From an uncultured Chloroflexia bacterium (GTDB taxonomy: Bacteria; Chloroflexota; Limnocylindria; Limnocylindrales; CSP1-4): a stretch of DNA of 64,000 bases. A program made the translations under genes and the position numbers. Below the pieces are notes generated by a model, which worked only from the letters and a program-made list of their open reading frames with translations, searched no databases and had not been told where the DNA came from. The stretch spans positions 1,408,001 through 1,472,000 of the forward strand of contig CAWEZH010000002.1 in assembly GCA_963813535.1 (NCBI GenBank). The letters run 5' to 3'. Positions 42,131 through 50,510 of the stretch are shown one piece after another. Within the stretch, counting starts at the first letter, position 1; each line of letters starts with the position of its first letter.

Positions 42131-43648
42131 ATGACCGACACGCTGATCCCCGATCGCGAACAGGCCACCAGCGAGCTCGCCGACCTCCGCATTCGGACCG
42201 ACCTGTTCATCGACGGCGACTTCCGACCCGCGCGTGACGGTCGGCGGTTCGTGACCGAGAACCCGGCGACCGGCCGATCGATCACCGAGGTCGCCGAGGG
42301 TGGCTCCGCGGACGTGGACGCCGCGGTCGCCGCGGCCCGAGCGGCATTCGAGCGCGGCGTCTGGTCACGGATGGATCCCGGAGCGCGGAAGCGGATCCTC
42401 CTCGGCTGGGCGGACCTGATCGAGTCGCACGCACGGGAGCTCGGCCTGCTGGAGACGATCGACGCGGGCAAGCCCATCACCGATACGGTCGGGCTCGACA
42501 TGCCGGAGACGGCGGCATGCATCCGCTGGCACGCCGAGGCGATCGACAAGCTCTACGGCCAGGTGGCGCCGTCGCCGGAGGGCACGGTGGCGACGATCAC
42601 GCGGGAGCCGGCGGGGGTCGTGGGCGCGGTCGTGCCGTGGAACTACCCGGCCCAGATGGCGGCCTGGAAGCTGGGGCCGGCGCTGGCCACCGGCAACAGC
42701 GTCGTGATCAAGCCCGCCTCGACCACGTCGCTCAGTCTCCTCAGGATCGCCGAGCTGGGTGCCGAGGCCGGCATCCCCGCGGGCGTGCTCAACGTCGTGA
42801 CCGGACCGGGCGACACGGTCGGGGCGGCGATCGGCCGACATCCCGACATCGATGTCGTCGCCTTCACCGGCTCGACCGAGGTCGGCCGGAGATTCCTGAC
42901 CTGGTCGGCGGAGTCCAATCTCAAGCGCGTGCTGCTCGAGCTCGGCGGCAAGAGCCCGCAGATCGTGTTCGGCGACGTGACCGACATGGCCGACGTGGCG
43001 GCCAACGCCGCGACCGCGATCTTCTGGAACATGGGCGAGAACTGCAGCGCCGGATCGCGCCTGATCGTCCATCGCTCACGAAAGGACGCCCTGCTCGACG
43101 CGCTGCAGGCGGAGCTCGCGTCTTGGCCGGTCGGGGACCCGCTCGACCCGGCCACGAAGATCGGCGCGATCATCTCCAAGCCGCATCTCGAGCGCGTGCT
43201 CGGGTATGTGCAGGCGGGGCGCGAGGACGGGGCACGCCTGGTGACCGGCGGCCGGCGGATCCTCGAGGAGACGGGTGGCTACTTCCTCGGACCCACGATC
43301 TTCGACCGCGTGACGAACGACATGCGGATCGCCAGGGAGGAGATCTTCGGGCCGGTGCTGTCGGTCATCGAGTTCGAGACCGAAGAGGAGGCGGTGACGA
43401 TCGCCAACGACACGGCCTACGGCCTGGCGGCCTCGATCTACACCGACGACCTGAACGTCGCCCACCGGGTCGCCCGCGAGCTGCGGGCCGGCACGGTCGG
43501 CGTCAATGCCTATGCCGAAGGCGACATGACGACCCCGTTCGGCGGGTACAAGCAGTCAGGTTTCGGCGGCCACGACAAGTCGGTGCACGCCCACGACCAA
43601 TACACGGAGCTCAAGACCACCTGGATCGTGCTGAAACCAGGTCGATAG
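42131..43648 (+). CDS. NAD(P)-dependent aldehyde dehydrogenase (PuuC/AldH-like)
   Basis: VPWNYP, WKLGPALATGN, FTGSTEVG, LELGGKSP, NMGENCSAGSR, EEIFGPV, PFGGYKQSGFG. Confidence 0.93.
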   Translation: MTDTLIPDREQATSELADLRIRTDLFIDGDFRPARDGRRFVTENPATGRSITEVAEGGSADVDAAVAAARAAFERGVWSRMDPGARKRILLGWADLIESHARELGLLETIDAGKPITDTVGLDMPETAACIRWHAEAIDKLYGQVAPSPEGTVATITREPAGVVGAVVPWNYPAQMAAWKLGPALATGNSVVIKPASTTSLSLLRIAELGAEAGIPAGVLNVVTGPGDTVGAAIGRHPDIDVVAFTGSTEVGRRFLTWSAESNLKRVLLELGGKSPQIVFGDVTDMADVAANAATAIFWNMGENCSAGSRLIVHRSRKDALLDALQAELASWPVGDPLDPATKIGAIISKPHLERVLGYVQAGREDGARLVTGGRRILEETGGYFLGPTIFDRVTNDMRIAREEIFGPVLSVIEFETEEEAVTIANDTAYGLAASIYTDDLNVAHRVARELRAGTVGVNAYAEGDMTTPFGGYKQSGFGGHDKSVHAHDQYTELKTTWIVLKPGR

Positions 43649-43681
43649 CGCGGCGGGCTACCCGGAGACCGGAACCCCTCC

Positions 43682-43711
43682 TTGACCCGCACGCACCGCG
43701 GCCCGTAGCAT
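43682..43711 (+). promoter_or_regulatory. Sigma70-type promoter upstream of the SAM riboswitch
   Basis: TTGACC (43682-87), 18-nt spacer, TAGCAT (43706-11). Confidence 0.65.
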
Positions 43712-43732
43712 CCTCGGTACAACCGAAGAGCA

Positions 43733-43836
43733 CGTATCAAGAGATGGCTGAGGGACCGGCCCGTTGACGCCACGACAACCTACCGACGCGACGTCGGCAA
43801 GGTGCCAAGTCCGGGCAGGTCCTCCTGCGAGATACG
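43733..43836 (+). ncRNA. SAM-I (S-box) riboswitch
   Basis: P1 CGTATC/GATACG; ATCAAGAG..GGCTGAGGGACCGGCCC..GA.GCC (P2 kink-turn/pseudoknot), CAACC...AGGTGCCAA.TCC, P4 GCAGG..CCTGC, AGAT. Confidence 0.9.
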
Positions 43837-43917
43837 GGTCTCTCCCGGGGCCCATCGATCGACAGGTCCTGACCCATCCACGCCGGTCCGTCGCCGACGA
43901 GCGACCTGGAGACCGAT

Positions 43918-45249
43918 GTGACCGTACCGACACTGGCCCCACCGACCACCCGACCCGCCCCGGGCACGACCGAGCCGACGACGGCCGGCGCGCGAATCAC
44001 CGGGATGGCGTGTCGGAACTGTGGGCTGGCCCAGCCGTTGGCGGTTGCCTATGTGTGTCCGGCCTGCTTCGGTCCCCTGGAAGTGACCTATGACTACGCC
44101 GCTGTCGCGCGGACCCTGACCCGCGAAGCGATCGCGGCACGAGCTCCCGGGATCTGGCGCTACCTCGAGCTTCTGCCGGTCGACGCGCCCCCGGTCCGTT
44201 CCCTGCCGGTCGGGTCGACGCCCCTCATCGAGGCCGATCGTCTCGCCTCGTCGCTCGGCGTCGAGCGGCTGTGGATCAAGGACGACACGCGCAATCCGTC
44301 GCTGTCCTTCAAAGACCGGCCCGCTGCCATCGCGGCAGCGAGGGCCGTCGACTTCGGCGTCCCGGCCCTCGCCTGTGCCTCGACCGGCAACCTGGCCGGC
44401 GCGACGGCGGCCGCGGCCGCCGCGGTGGGGCTGCCGGCGTACGTGTTCATCCCGGCCGACCTCGAGACCGCCAAGGTCGACCACGCGCTCGCCTACGGCG
44501 CAACGGTCGTCCCCATCGACGGCACCTATGACGACGTCAACCGGCTGTGCCTCGAGATCGCTGACGAGACCGGCTGGGGGTTCATCAACATCAACCTGCG
44601 CCCGTTCTACGCGGAGGGTTCGAAGACCCTCGCCTACGAGATCGCCGAGTCGCTCGGCTGGCGCAGCCCCGACGTGGTCGTGGCCCCGGTGGCCTCGGGC
44701 GCGATGTTCACACGGGTCGCGCGCGGCTTCGAGGAACTGGCAGAGATCGGGCTCATCGAGCGGCGACCGATCCGCTTCGTCGGGGGCCAGGCGACTGGCT
44801 GCGCGCCGGTCGCGACAGCCTTCGATGCCGGCACGGACGTCATCGAGCCGGTCCGCGAGCCCGACACGATCGTCCGCTCGCTGGCCATCGGCAACCCGGC
44901 CGACGGTCGCTACGCGGTCGAGCTCGCGCGCGAAAGCGGCGGCTCGATCGAGTCGATCCCGGACGTGGTGACGGCGGAGCACATCCGCGACGTCGCCCGG
45001 CTCGAGGGGATCTTCCCGGAGACCGCCGGGGGCGTCACCCTCGGCGCAGTCGCCGCGGCTCGTCGGCGCGGCGTCATCGGTGACGGTGATGAGGTCGTCG
45101 CGCTCCTCACCGGGAACGGCCTCAAGACGCCGGATGCCCGGACGCTCGGGCTTGCCGCCGATGCTGGACTGTCGGGCACAGCCGGACTGGCGCCGGTCAT
45201 CCGGCCCAGCCTGTCGGCGTTCGAGTCGTGGCTGGAGTCGGCGTCATGA
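43918..45249 (+). CDS. Threonine-synthase-like PLP enzyme with N-terminal Zn ribbon (probable O-phosphohomoserine sulfhydrylase)
   Basis: CRNC..CPAC Zn ribbon, IWRYLELLP, NPSLSFKDR (PLP Lys), ASTGNLA, NLRPFYAEGSKT, ETAGG, TGNGLKT. Located under a SAM riboswitch. Confidence 0.85.
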   Translation: MTVPTLAPPTTRPAPGTTEPTTAGARITGMACRNCGLAQPLAVAYVCPACFGPLEVTYDYAAVARTLTREAIAARAPGIWRYLELLPVDAPPVRSLPVGSTPLIEADRLASSLGVERLWIKDDTRNPSLSFKDRPAAIAAARAVDFGVPALACASTGNLAGATAAAAAAVGLPAYVFIPADLETAKVDHALAYGATVVPIDGTYDDVNRLCLEIADETGWGFININLRPFYAEGSKTLAYEIAESLGWRSPDVVVAPVASGAMFTRVARGFEELAEIGLIERRPIRFVGGQATGCAPVATAFDAGTDVIEPVREPDTIVRSLAIGNPADGRYAVELARESGGSIESIPDVVTAEHIRDVARLEGIFPETAGGVTLGAVAAARRRGVIGDGDEVVALLTGNGLKTPDARTLGLAADAGLSGTAGLAPVIRPSLSAFESWLESAS

Positions 45250-45518
45250 GCACGGTCCGCATCCCGCCGACGCTCAGGACCGCGACCGGCGGCGAGAAGC
45301 TGGTCTCCGTCCCGGGCGGCACCGTCCGCGAAGTGATCCGCGGTCTGGTCGTGGCCCACCCGGGGCTCGAATCGCAGCTGCTCACGCAGGACGGCGACCT
45401 CAACCGGTTCGTGAACGCCTTCCTCAACGACACTGACGTCCGCCATCTGCAGGCGCTCGACACACCGGTCAGCGACGGCGACACGCTGGTGCTGCTACCC
45501 GCGATGGCCGGAGGCTGA
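45246..45518 (+). CDS. MoaD/ThiS/CysO-family ubiquitin-like sulfur carrier protein
   Basis: VRIPPTLR..TGG, LNRFVN..LND.DVR.L..LDT, C-terminal AMAGG. ATGA overlap with the upstream gene. Confidence 0.92.
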   Translation: MSTVRIPPTLRTATGGEKLVSVPGGTVREVIRGLVVAHPGLESQLLTQDGDLNRFVNAFLNDTDVRHLQALDTPVSDGDTLVLLPAMAGG

Positions 45519-45555
45519 CAGGAGGGCTCGACCGCGGGAGTAGGCTGGTCGTCCC

Positions 45556-46371
45556 ATGACGGCCGGCGATCGACCGCCCAACGGCGACGAGGCGTTCTGG
45601 CGCGAGTACCTCACCCGCGGCGACGCCATGGAGAAGCGTGCCCGCCGAGTCCTCCGCCTGCTCCCGCATGGCCCGAGGTGCAAGTTGTGCGCGGCCCCGT
45701 TCGGCGGGGCTGCAGCGCCCCTGATGCGTGCCATCGGAAAGCGGCCGGCCCTCAAGAACCCGAGCGTCTGCAACTCCTGCTTCGACTTCATGGAGAAGCA
45801 CCATGGCGGCGCGGAGATCGATGGCAGCTACCTCTTCGCCGACATCCGCGGCTCGACGACGCTGGCGGAGCGCATGCCAGTCGACGAATTCCGCGCCCTG
45901 ATCGACCGCTTCTTCGCGACCGCGTCGCAGGTCGTGTTCGACAACGACGGCGGCGTCGACAAGTTCGTCGGGGACGAGATCGTCGCGTTCTTCTTCCCAT
46001 TGATGTCCGGTCCGCGCCACGCGGCGGCGGCCGTCAGCACCGCCACCGCCCTGCTGCGAGCCACCGGCCACGCGGATCCCGGCGGACCATGGGTCCCGGT
46101 CGGGGTGGGCGTGTCGACCGGGCCTGCGTGGGTCGGCGCCGTCGGCGATGAGAAGCGCACCGACCTGACCGCTCTCGGAGACAACGTCAACATCGCCGCG
46201 CGGCTCGGCGGGGTCGCCAGTGCGGGAGAGGTCCTCATGACGGCTGAGACCGCGCTGGCGGCCGGCGTCGATCCGGGACTCGAGCGTCGCTCCCTGGAGC
46301 TCAAGGGCAAGTCCGCACCGACCGAGGTCGTCAGTCTCTTGGTCGGTCGGGTGCCGGTGGTGGCGGGCTAG
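45556..46371 (+). CDS. Class III adenylate cyclase with N-terminal CxxC...CxxC module
   Basis: FADIRGST, DKFVGDEI, GVGVSTG, TALGDNVNIAARL, LELKGK; N-terminal CKLC and CNSC. Confidence 0.9.
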   Translation: MTAGDRPPNGDEAFWREYLTRGDAMEKRARRVLRLLPHGPRCKLCAAPFGGAAAPLMRAIGKRPALKNPSVCNSCFDFMEKHHGGAEIDGSYLFADIRGSTTLAERMPVDEFRALIDRFFATASQVVFDNDGGVDKFVGDEIVAFFFPLMSGPRHAAAAVSTATALLRATGHADPGGPWVPVGVGVSTGPAWVGAVGDEKRTDLTALGDNVNIAARLGGVASAGEVLMTAETALAAGVDPGLERRSLELKGKSAPTEVVSLLVGRVPVVAG

Positions 46372-47522
46372 GCCCGGTCGAGCGCCTGTCGCAGGTCGGC
46401 GATCAGGTCGTCGGCGCCTTCGATGCCGACCGACAGGCGGATCAGGGCCGGATCCACCTCGAGCTTGGAACCGGCGACCGACATGTGGGTCATCGCCGCC
46501 GGCACCTCGATGAGCGACTCGACCCCTCCGAGCGACTCGGCCAGCGTGAACAGGCGGGTCCCCTCCGCGATCGCGACCGCCCGCTCTGCGGCAGTCAAGG
46601 AGCCGCTCGCCGACGGGATGAGGGACACCATCCCGCTCATGCCTGGGTAGCGGACGTCGGCGAGGTCGTCGCGCGAGCGGAGGAACTCGACGACGGCTCG
46701 GGCGTTGGCCTGGTGTCGTTCGACCCGCAGGTGGAGCGTGCGGAGGCCGCGGAGCACGAGGAAGGAATCCAGCGGCCCGGGGACCGCGCCCATCGCGTTC
46801 TGGAGGAACCGCAGCCGCTCCGCGATCGCGTCGTCCGAGGTCACGGCGACACCGAGCACGACATCCGAGTGGCCGGCGAGGTATTTGGTCGCCGAGTGGA
46901 ACACGATGTCGGCACCCATCGTCAGCGGCCGTTGCAGGGCCGGCGACGCGAATGTGTTGTCCACGACGATCAGTGGCCGCCGGCCCCCTTCGGCCGAACG
47001 ACGGTCGACCGTCCGGACGACCTCGGCGATATCGACGGTCTTGAGCAACGGGTTGGTCGGCGTCTCGAACCAGACGAGTCGCGTCCGTTCCGACAGCGCC
47101 TCCCACAGCGCATCCATGCCCTCGGTCAAGTCGATGAACGTGGACGTCACGCCACCGCCCGGCCGGCGGACCTTGTCCAGGTAGCGATAGGTGCCGCCAT
47201 ACACGTCGTCGCCGACGACGATCTCGTCACCCGGATCGGCGAGTTCGGCGATGGCGGCCGTGGCCGCCGACCCGGAGGCGAAGGCGAACCCGTGCCGGCC
47301 CGCCTCGAGGGCCGCGATCGCCCGTTCGAGTCGATCGCGCGTGGGGTTCTGCGACCGGGCGTACTCATAGCCGCGACGCGGCTTGCCGACGCCGTCCTGC
47401 TCGTAAGTCGAGGTCTGGTAGATCGGCGGCGCCACGGCACCCGTCAACTCGTCGGGCTCCGCGCCGGCGTGCACGGCCAGGGTGTCGAACGACGGGTTCT
47501 CGATCTCGTCTGCCCGCGACAT
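46368..47522 (-). CDS. Cystathionine gamma-lyase/gamma-synthase family enzyme
   Basis: PPIYQTSTY, YARSQNPTR, FASGSAA, YGGT, ETPTNP, VDNTFASP, HSATKYLAGHSD, AESLGGVESL, IRLSVGIE. Confidence 0.93.
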   Translation of the reverse strand: MSRADEIENPSFDTLAVHAGAEPDELTGAVAPPIYQTSTYEQDGVGKPRRGYEYARSQNPTRDRLERAIAALEAGRHGFAFASGSAATAAIAELADPGDEIVVGDDVYGGTYRYLDKVRRPGGGVTSTFIDLTEGMDALWEALSERTRLVWFETPTNPLLKTVDIAEVVRTVDRRSAEGGRRPLIVVDNTFASPALQRPLTMGADIVFHSATKYLAGHSDVVLGVAVTSDDAIAERLRFLQNAMGAVPGPLDSFLVLRGLRTLHLRVERHQANARAVVEFLRSRDDLADVRYPGMSGMVSLIPSASGSLTAAERAVAIAEGTRLFTLAESLGGVESLIEVPAAMTHMSVAGSKLEVDPALIRLSVGIEGADDLIADLRQALDRA

Positions 47523-47560
47523 GCACGGATGATGGCATCGCGAGGGTCGGCGCGTCGGTG

Positions 47561-48109
47561 TCAGTCGGTCGGCCGCCAGTCGTCCCGCTCATACACGAGC
47601 TCCTCGCCGTCGTATTCGTCCATCTGTGTCCCGACGTGGATGAAGCCGAATTGGGCGAGGACCGCCTGCGATGCGAGGTTGTCGGGCGTGGTCGAGGCGC
47701 GGAAGCGGGTGATCCCGTGCTCGCGCCAGGCCCATTCGAACAGCGCACGGACCACCTCGGTCGCGACCCCTTGCCTCCGATAGGCCGGCTCGACGCGGTA
47801 GCCGACCTCTACCTGACCGGAGTCGTCGGGTGGGCTGTGGAACCCGATGGAGCCGATGACCCGGCGGCCATCGCGATCCGCAAGGACGATCGCGCGCCCG
47901 AGCCACGCCTGTGCGGTCGGATCGGCCGACAGGTCCGCGATGCGGTACTCGAGGAAGTGCTCGAGGTCCTCGGACATGTTGGGCGGGACGCTCGCGCCGA
48001 TCTCTGATTCGGCCGCCGCGACGTCACGCCTCCTGAGCGCCTGCATGAACGGCAGTGACATCGAGACCAGCTCGAATCGAGGCGTGCGGATGGGTGGGAC
48101 GGCGGGCAT
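47561..48109 (-). CDS. GNAT N-acetyltransferase (RimJ/RimL-like)
   Basis: IGSIGFH, VEVGYRV..YRRQGVATE, NLASQAVLAQFGF. Confidence 0.88.
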   Translation of the reverse strand: MPAVPPIRTPRFELVSMSLPFMQALRRRDVAAAESEIGASVPPNMSEDLEHFLEYRIADLSADPTAQAWLGRAIVLADRDGRRVIGSIGFHSPPDDSGQVEVGYRVEPAYRRQGVATEVVRALFEWAWREHGITRFRASTTPDNLASQAVLAQFGFIHVGTQMDEYDGEELVYERDDWRPTD

Positions 48110-48187
48110 CGGTGCATCTTCGCACCACCGCCGGCTAGCGGGAACGTGATACAGTGGACGCGCACGTTTTCGAGCCTCGAGGACCCC

Positions 48188-49258
48188 ATGGACAGCACCG
48201 CCGTCACCGTTACCGACATCCCGCTGCGCGAGCGCTTGCTCGCCTGGAAGGAGATCCTCGAGACCGCCAATCCGCCGGTCTCGCGCCCCCTCGACACGGT
48301 CGGCAAGTGGCTCGTCATCACCCGTGCCGCCGTCTTCCCGATGACCATCTGGTCCGGGCTGATCGGTGGCCTGCTCGCCGTCGAGGCGAACCGCGTCGCC
48401 GGTGGACCGGCCGTCGACTGGGGGTTGTTCCTCCTCGCGGTCGTCGGGCTCGTGCTCGCGCACGCGGCGAACAACATGATCAACGACTACTTCGACACGA
48501 CCGGTGGCGTGGACACCGATGACTACGTCCGGGCGCTGTACGCGCCGCACCCGATCCTGTCGGGCTGGGTGACGAAGCGCCAGCTTGCATCGGCGATCCT
48601 CATCGTGAACGCGTTCGGTGCCGCGATCATGCTGGCGCTCGCGGCCGTCCGCGGGCCACTGATCATCGCCTTCGCGCTCGCGGGCCTCTTCGTATCCGTG
48701 TTCTACGTGGCGCCGCCGATCCGGCTGAAGCACCACGGTCTGGGCGAGCCAGGCGTGTTCCTCGTGTGGGGCCCGCTGATGATCGGCGGCACGTTCCTGG
48801 CGGCGACGGGGACGATCCCGGGCTGGGTGCTGCTGGTGTCCGTGCCGTACGCGCTGCTCGTGACGGCGGTCCTCTTCGGCAAGCACATCGACAAGATCGA
48901 GGCCGACTCGAAGCTCGGCGTGCGGACGTTGCCGGTCATCCTCGGCGAGACCCGAGCACGAGTCGTCGGGCAGTGGCTGATGATCCTGTTCTACCCGCTC
49001 ACGGTCGCCGCTGTCCTGGCGGGATGGATCGGTCCGTGGGCTCTGCTCGTCGTTCTCGCGGTCCCACGTCTGCTCGGCGTGCTGGCGGTCTTCCGCCAGC
49101 CGAAGCCGGCTGGTCCTCCGCCAGGCCGGGAGCGTGGCTGGCCGCTGTGGTTCGTCGGCTACGCCTTCGTGCATACGCGCCGCGCCGGCGGCCTGCTCAC
49201 GCTCGGGCTGCTGCTGAACGCACTCCTGCCGATCACGCTACCGCTGCCCTGGCTCTAG
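48188..49258 (+). CDS. UbiA-family prenyltransferase (MenA-like)
   Basis: AANNMINDYFD..GVD, YVAPPIRLKHHGLGE, DKIEADSKLGVRTLPV, with TM helices. Confidence 0.85.
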   Translation: MDSTAVTVTDIPLRERLLAWKEILETANPPVSRPLDTVGKWLVITRAAVFPMTIWSGLIGGLLAVEANRVAGGPAVDWGLFLLAVVGLVLAHAANNMINDYFDTTGGVDTDDYVRALYAPHPILSGWVTKRQLASAILIVNAFGAAIMLALAAVRGPLIIAFALAGLFVSVFYVAPPIRLKHHGLGEPGVFLVWGPLMIGGTFLAATGTIPGWVLLVSVPYALLVTAVLFGKHIDKIEADSKLGVRTLPVILGETRARVVGQWLMILFYPLTVAAVLAGWIGPWALLVVLAVPRLLGVLAVFRQPKPAGPPPGRERGWPLWFVGYAFVHTRRAGGLLTLGLLLNALLPITLPLPWL

Positions 49259-49267
49259 CTCACAGGG

Positions 49268-50488
49268 CTACTCGATGATGCTGTCGAACTTGAACTCGCC
49301 ATCGGTGACGGTCAGGCCGGACATGTCAGTCAGACTGGTATCGCCATCGGCGTCGAACGTCCATTTCCCGAGGACGCCGTCGAAGTCCTTCGTCGCCTTG
49401 ACCTCGTCGAGGACGAGTGCACGGAGTGCCAGGACGTCGGCCGGGTTCTTGGCGGCAGCCCGCTCGATGGCCGATAGCACGACGTTGGCCGCCTCGTAGC
49501 CGTAGGCCGTATAGGACTCCGCCGGCTCATTCGGGTGCTTGGCGGTGTACGTGTCGACGAACTCTTTACCCTTCCCGCTCAGCTGGTCCGGCGGGATCGT
49601 GCCCGTCGTGATGTAGGTGCCCTCGGCCGCGGCGCCCGCGGCCTCGAGCCATTCGAGCTCATAGATGCCGTCGGGGCCCATCAGCTTCACGTTCGGCATC
49701 GCGTCGCGCAGATCGCGCCACAGCTGGCCGGCGTTGTTCTGGGTGATCCCGCCGTAGTACACGAGGTCGGGGTTGGTCGCCTTGACCTTCTCGGCCAGGG
49801 CCTTGTAGTCGGTCGCCTTGCCGTCGATGCCGTCGCGGCCGAGGATGGTCAGGCCGTAGTCCGCCGAGCGGGTGTTGAAGACGTCGGCGATGCCCTTCCC
49901 GTAGACCTCGGTGTCGTCGAGGATGTAGACGTTCCTAGCCCCGACCTTCGATGCCCATAGGGCCCCGGCATTGCCTTGGAGCAGGTCGTTGGGAACGACG
50001 CGCGCATAGTTCTTCTTGCACCCGTTCGGGTAGTACTTGTCCGGCTCACCCGCCTCGAAGGGCTTGGTGAGGCCGACTGCGGTGTTGGCTGGGCTGACCA
50101 TCGCGATGCCCTTCGCACACAGGATGGGGATGGACAGCTTCGCTGCGCCCGAGTTGAGCGTGCCGATGTACGCCACGAGCTTGTCGGCCGCGACGGCGTC
50201 GTTGGCGTTCTTGATCTCGGTCGCCTCGTCCCACTTGCCGGCCGCGGCAGTGGAGTCGTCCTTGTCGACGTACTTGATCGTGTAGCCGCCGACCGTGCCG
50301 CCCCTCTCCTCGATGGCCATGTTGATGGCGTACACGATCGTGTCGGTCGCGGCCTTGCCGGACCCCTGGCGCGGCAGCGAGGACCAGATCTCGATCTCGC
50401 CCTTGCTCGCACCGCCGCCCCCGCCACCGCACGCTGCGAAGGCGAGCATGGCGACGGCACCGAGTGCCGCGACCCTTCGGCCCTTCAT
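49268..50488 (-). CDS. Branched-chain amino acid ABC transporter substrate-binding lipoprotein (LivJ/K-like)
   Basis: Lipobox AFAAC, IGTLNSG, SPANT, DDTEVYGKG.A, VYYGG, MGPDG, YGYEAA, FDADGD. Confidence 0.9.
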   Translation of the reverse strand: MKGRRVAALGAVAMLAFAACGGGGGGASKGEIEIWSSLPRQGSGKAATDTIVYAINMAIEERGGTVGGYTIKYVDKDDSTAAAGKWDEATEIKNANDAVAADKLVAYIGTLNSGAAKLSIPILCAKGIAMVSPANTAVGLTKPFEAGEPDKYYPNGCKKNYARVVPNDLLQGNAGALWASKVGARNVYILDDTEVYGKGIADVFNTRSADYGLTILGRDGIDGKATDYKALAEKVKATNPDLVYYGGITQNNAGQLWRDLRDAMPNVKLMGPDGIYELEWLEAAGAAAEGTYITTGTIPPDQLSGKGKEFVDTYTAKHPNEPAESYTAYGYEAANVVLSAIERAAAKNPADVLALRALVLDEVKATKDFDGVLGKWTFDADGDTSLTDMSGLTVTDGEFKFDSIIE

Positions 50489-50510
50489 GCGTGCGTCTCC
50501 TCTGTGACAG

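Noticed and set aside
43918-45249. Assigning the symbol thrC
   Set aside because: SAM riboswitch control and the coupled sulfur carrier argue against a plain threonine synthase, so the symbol was withheld
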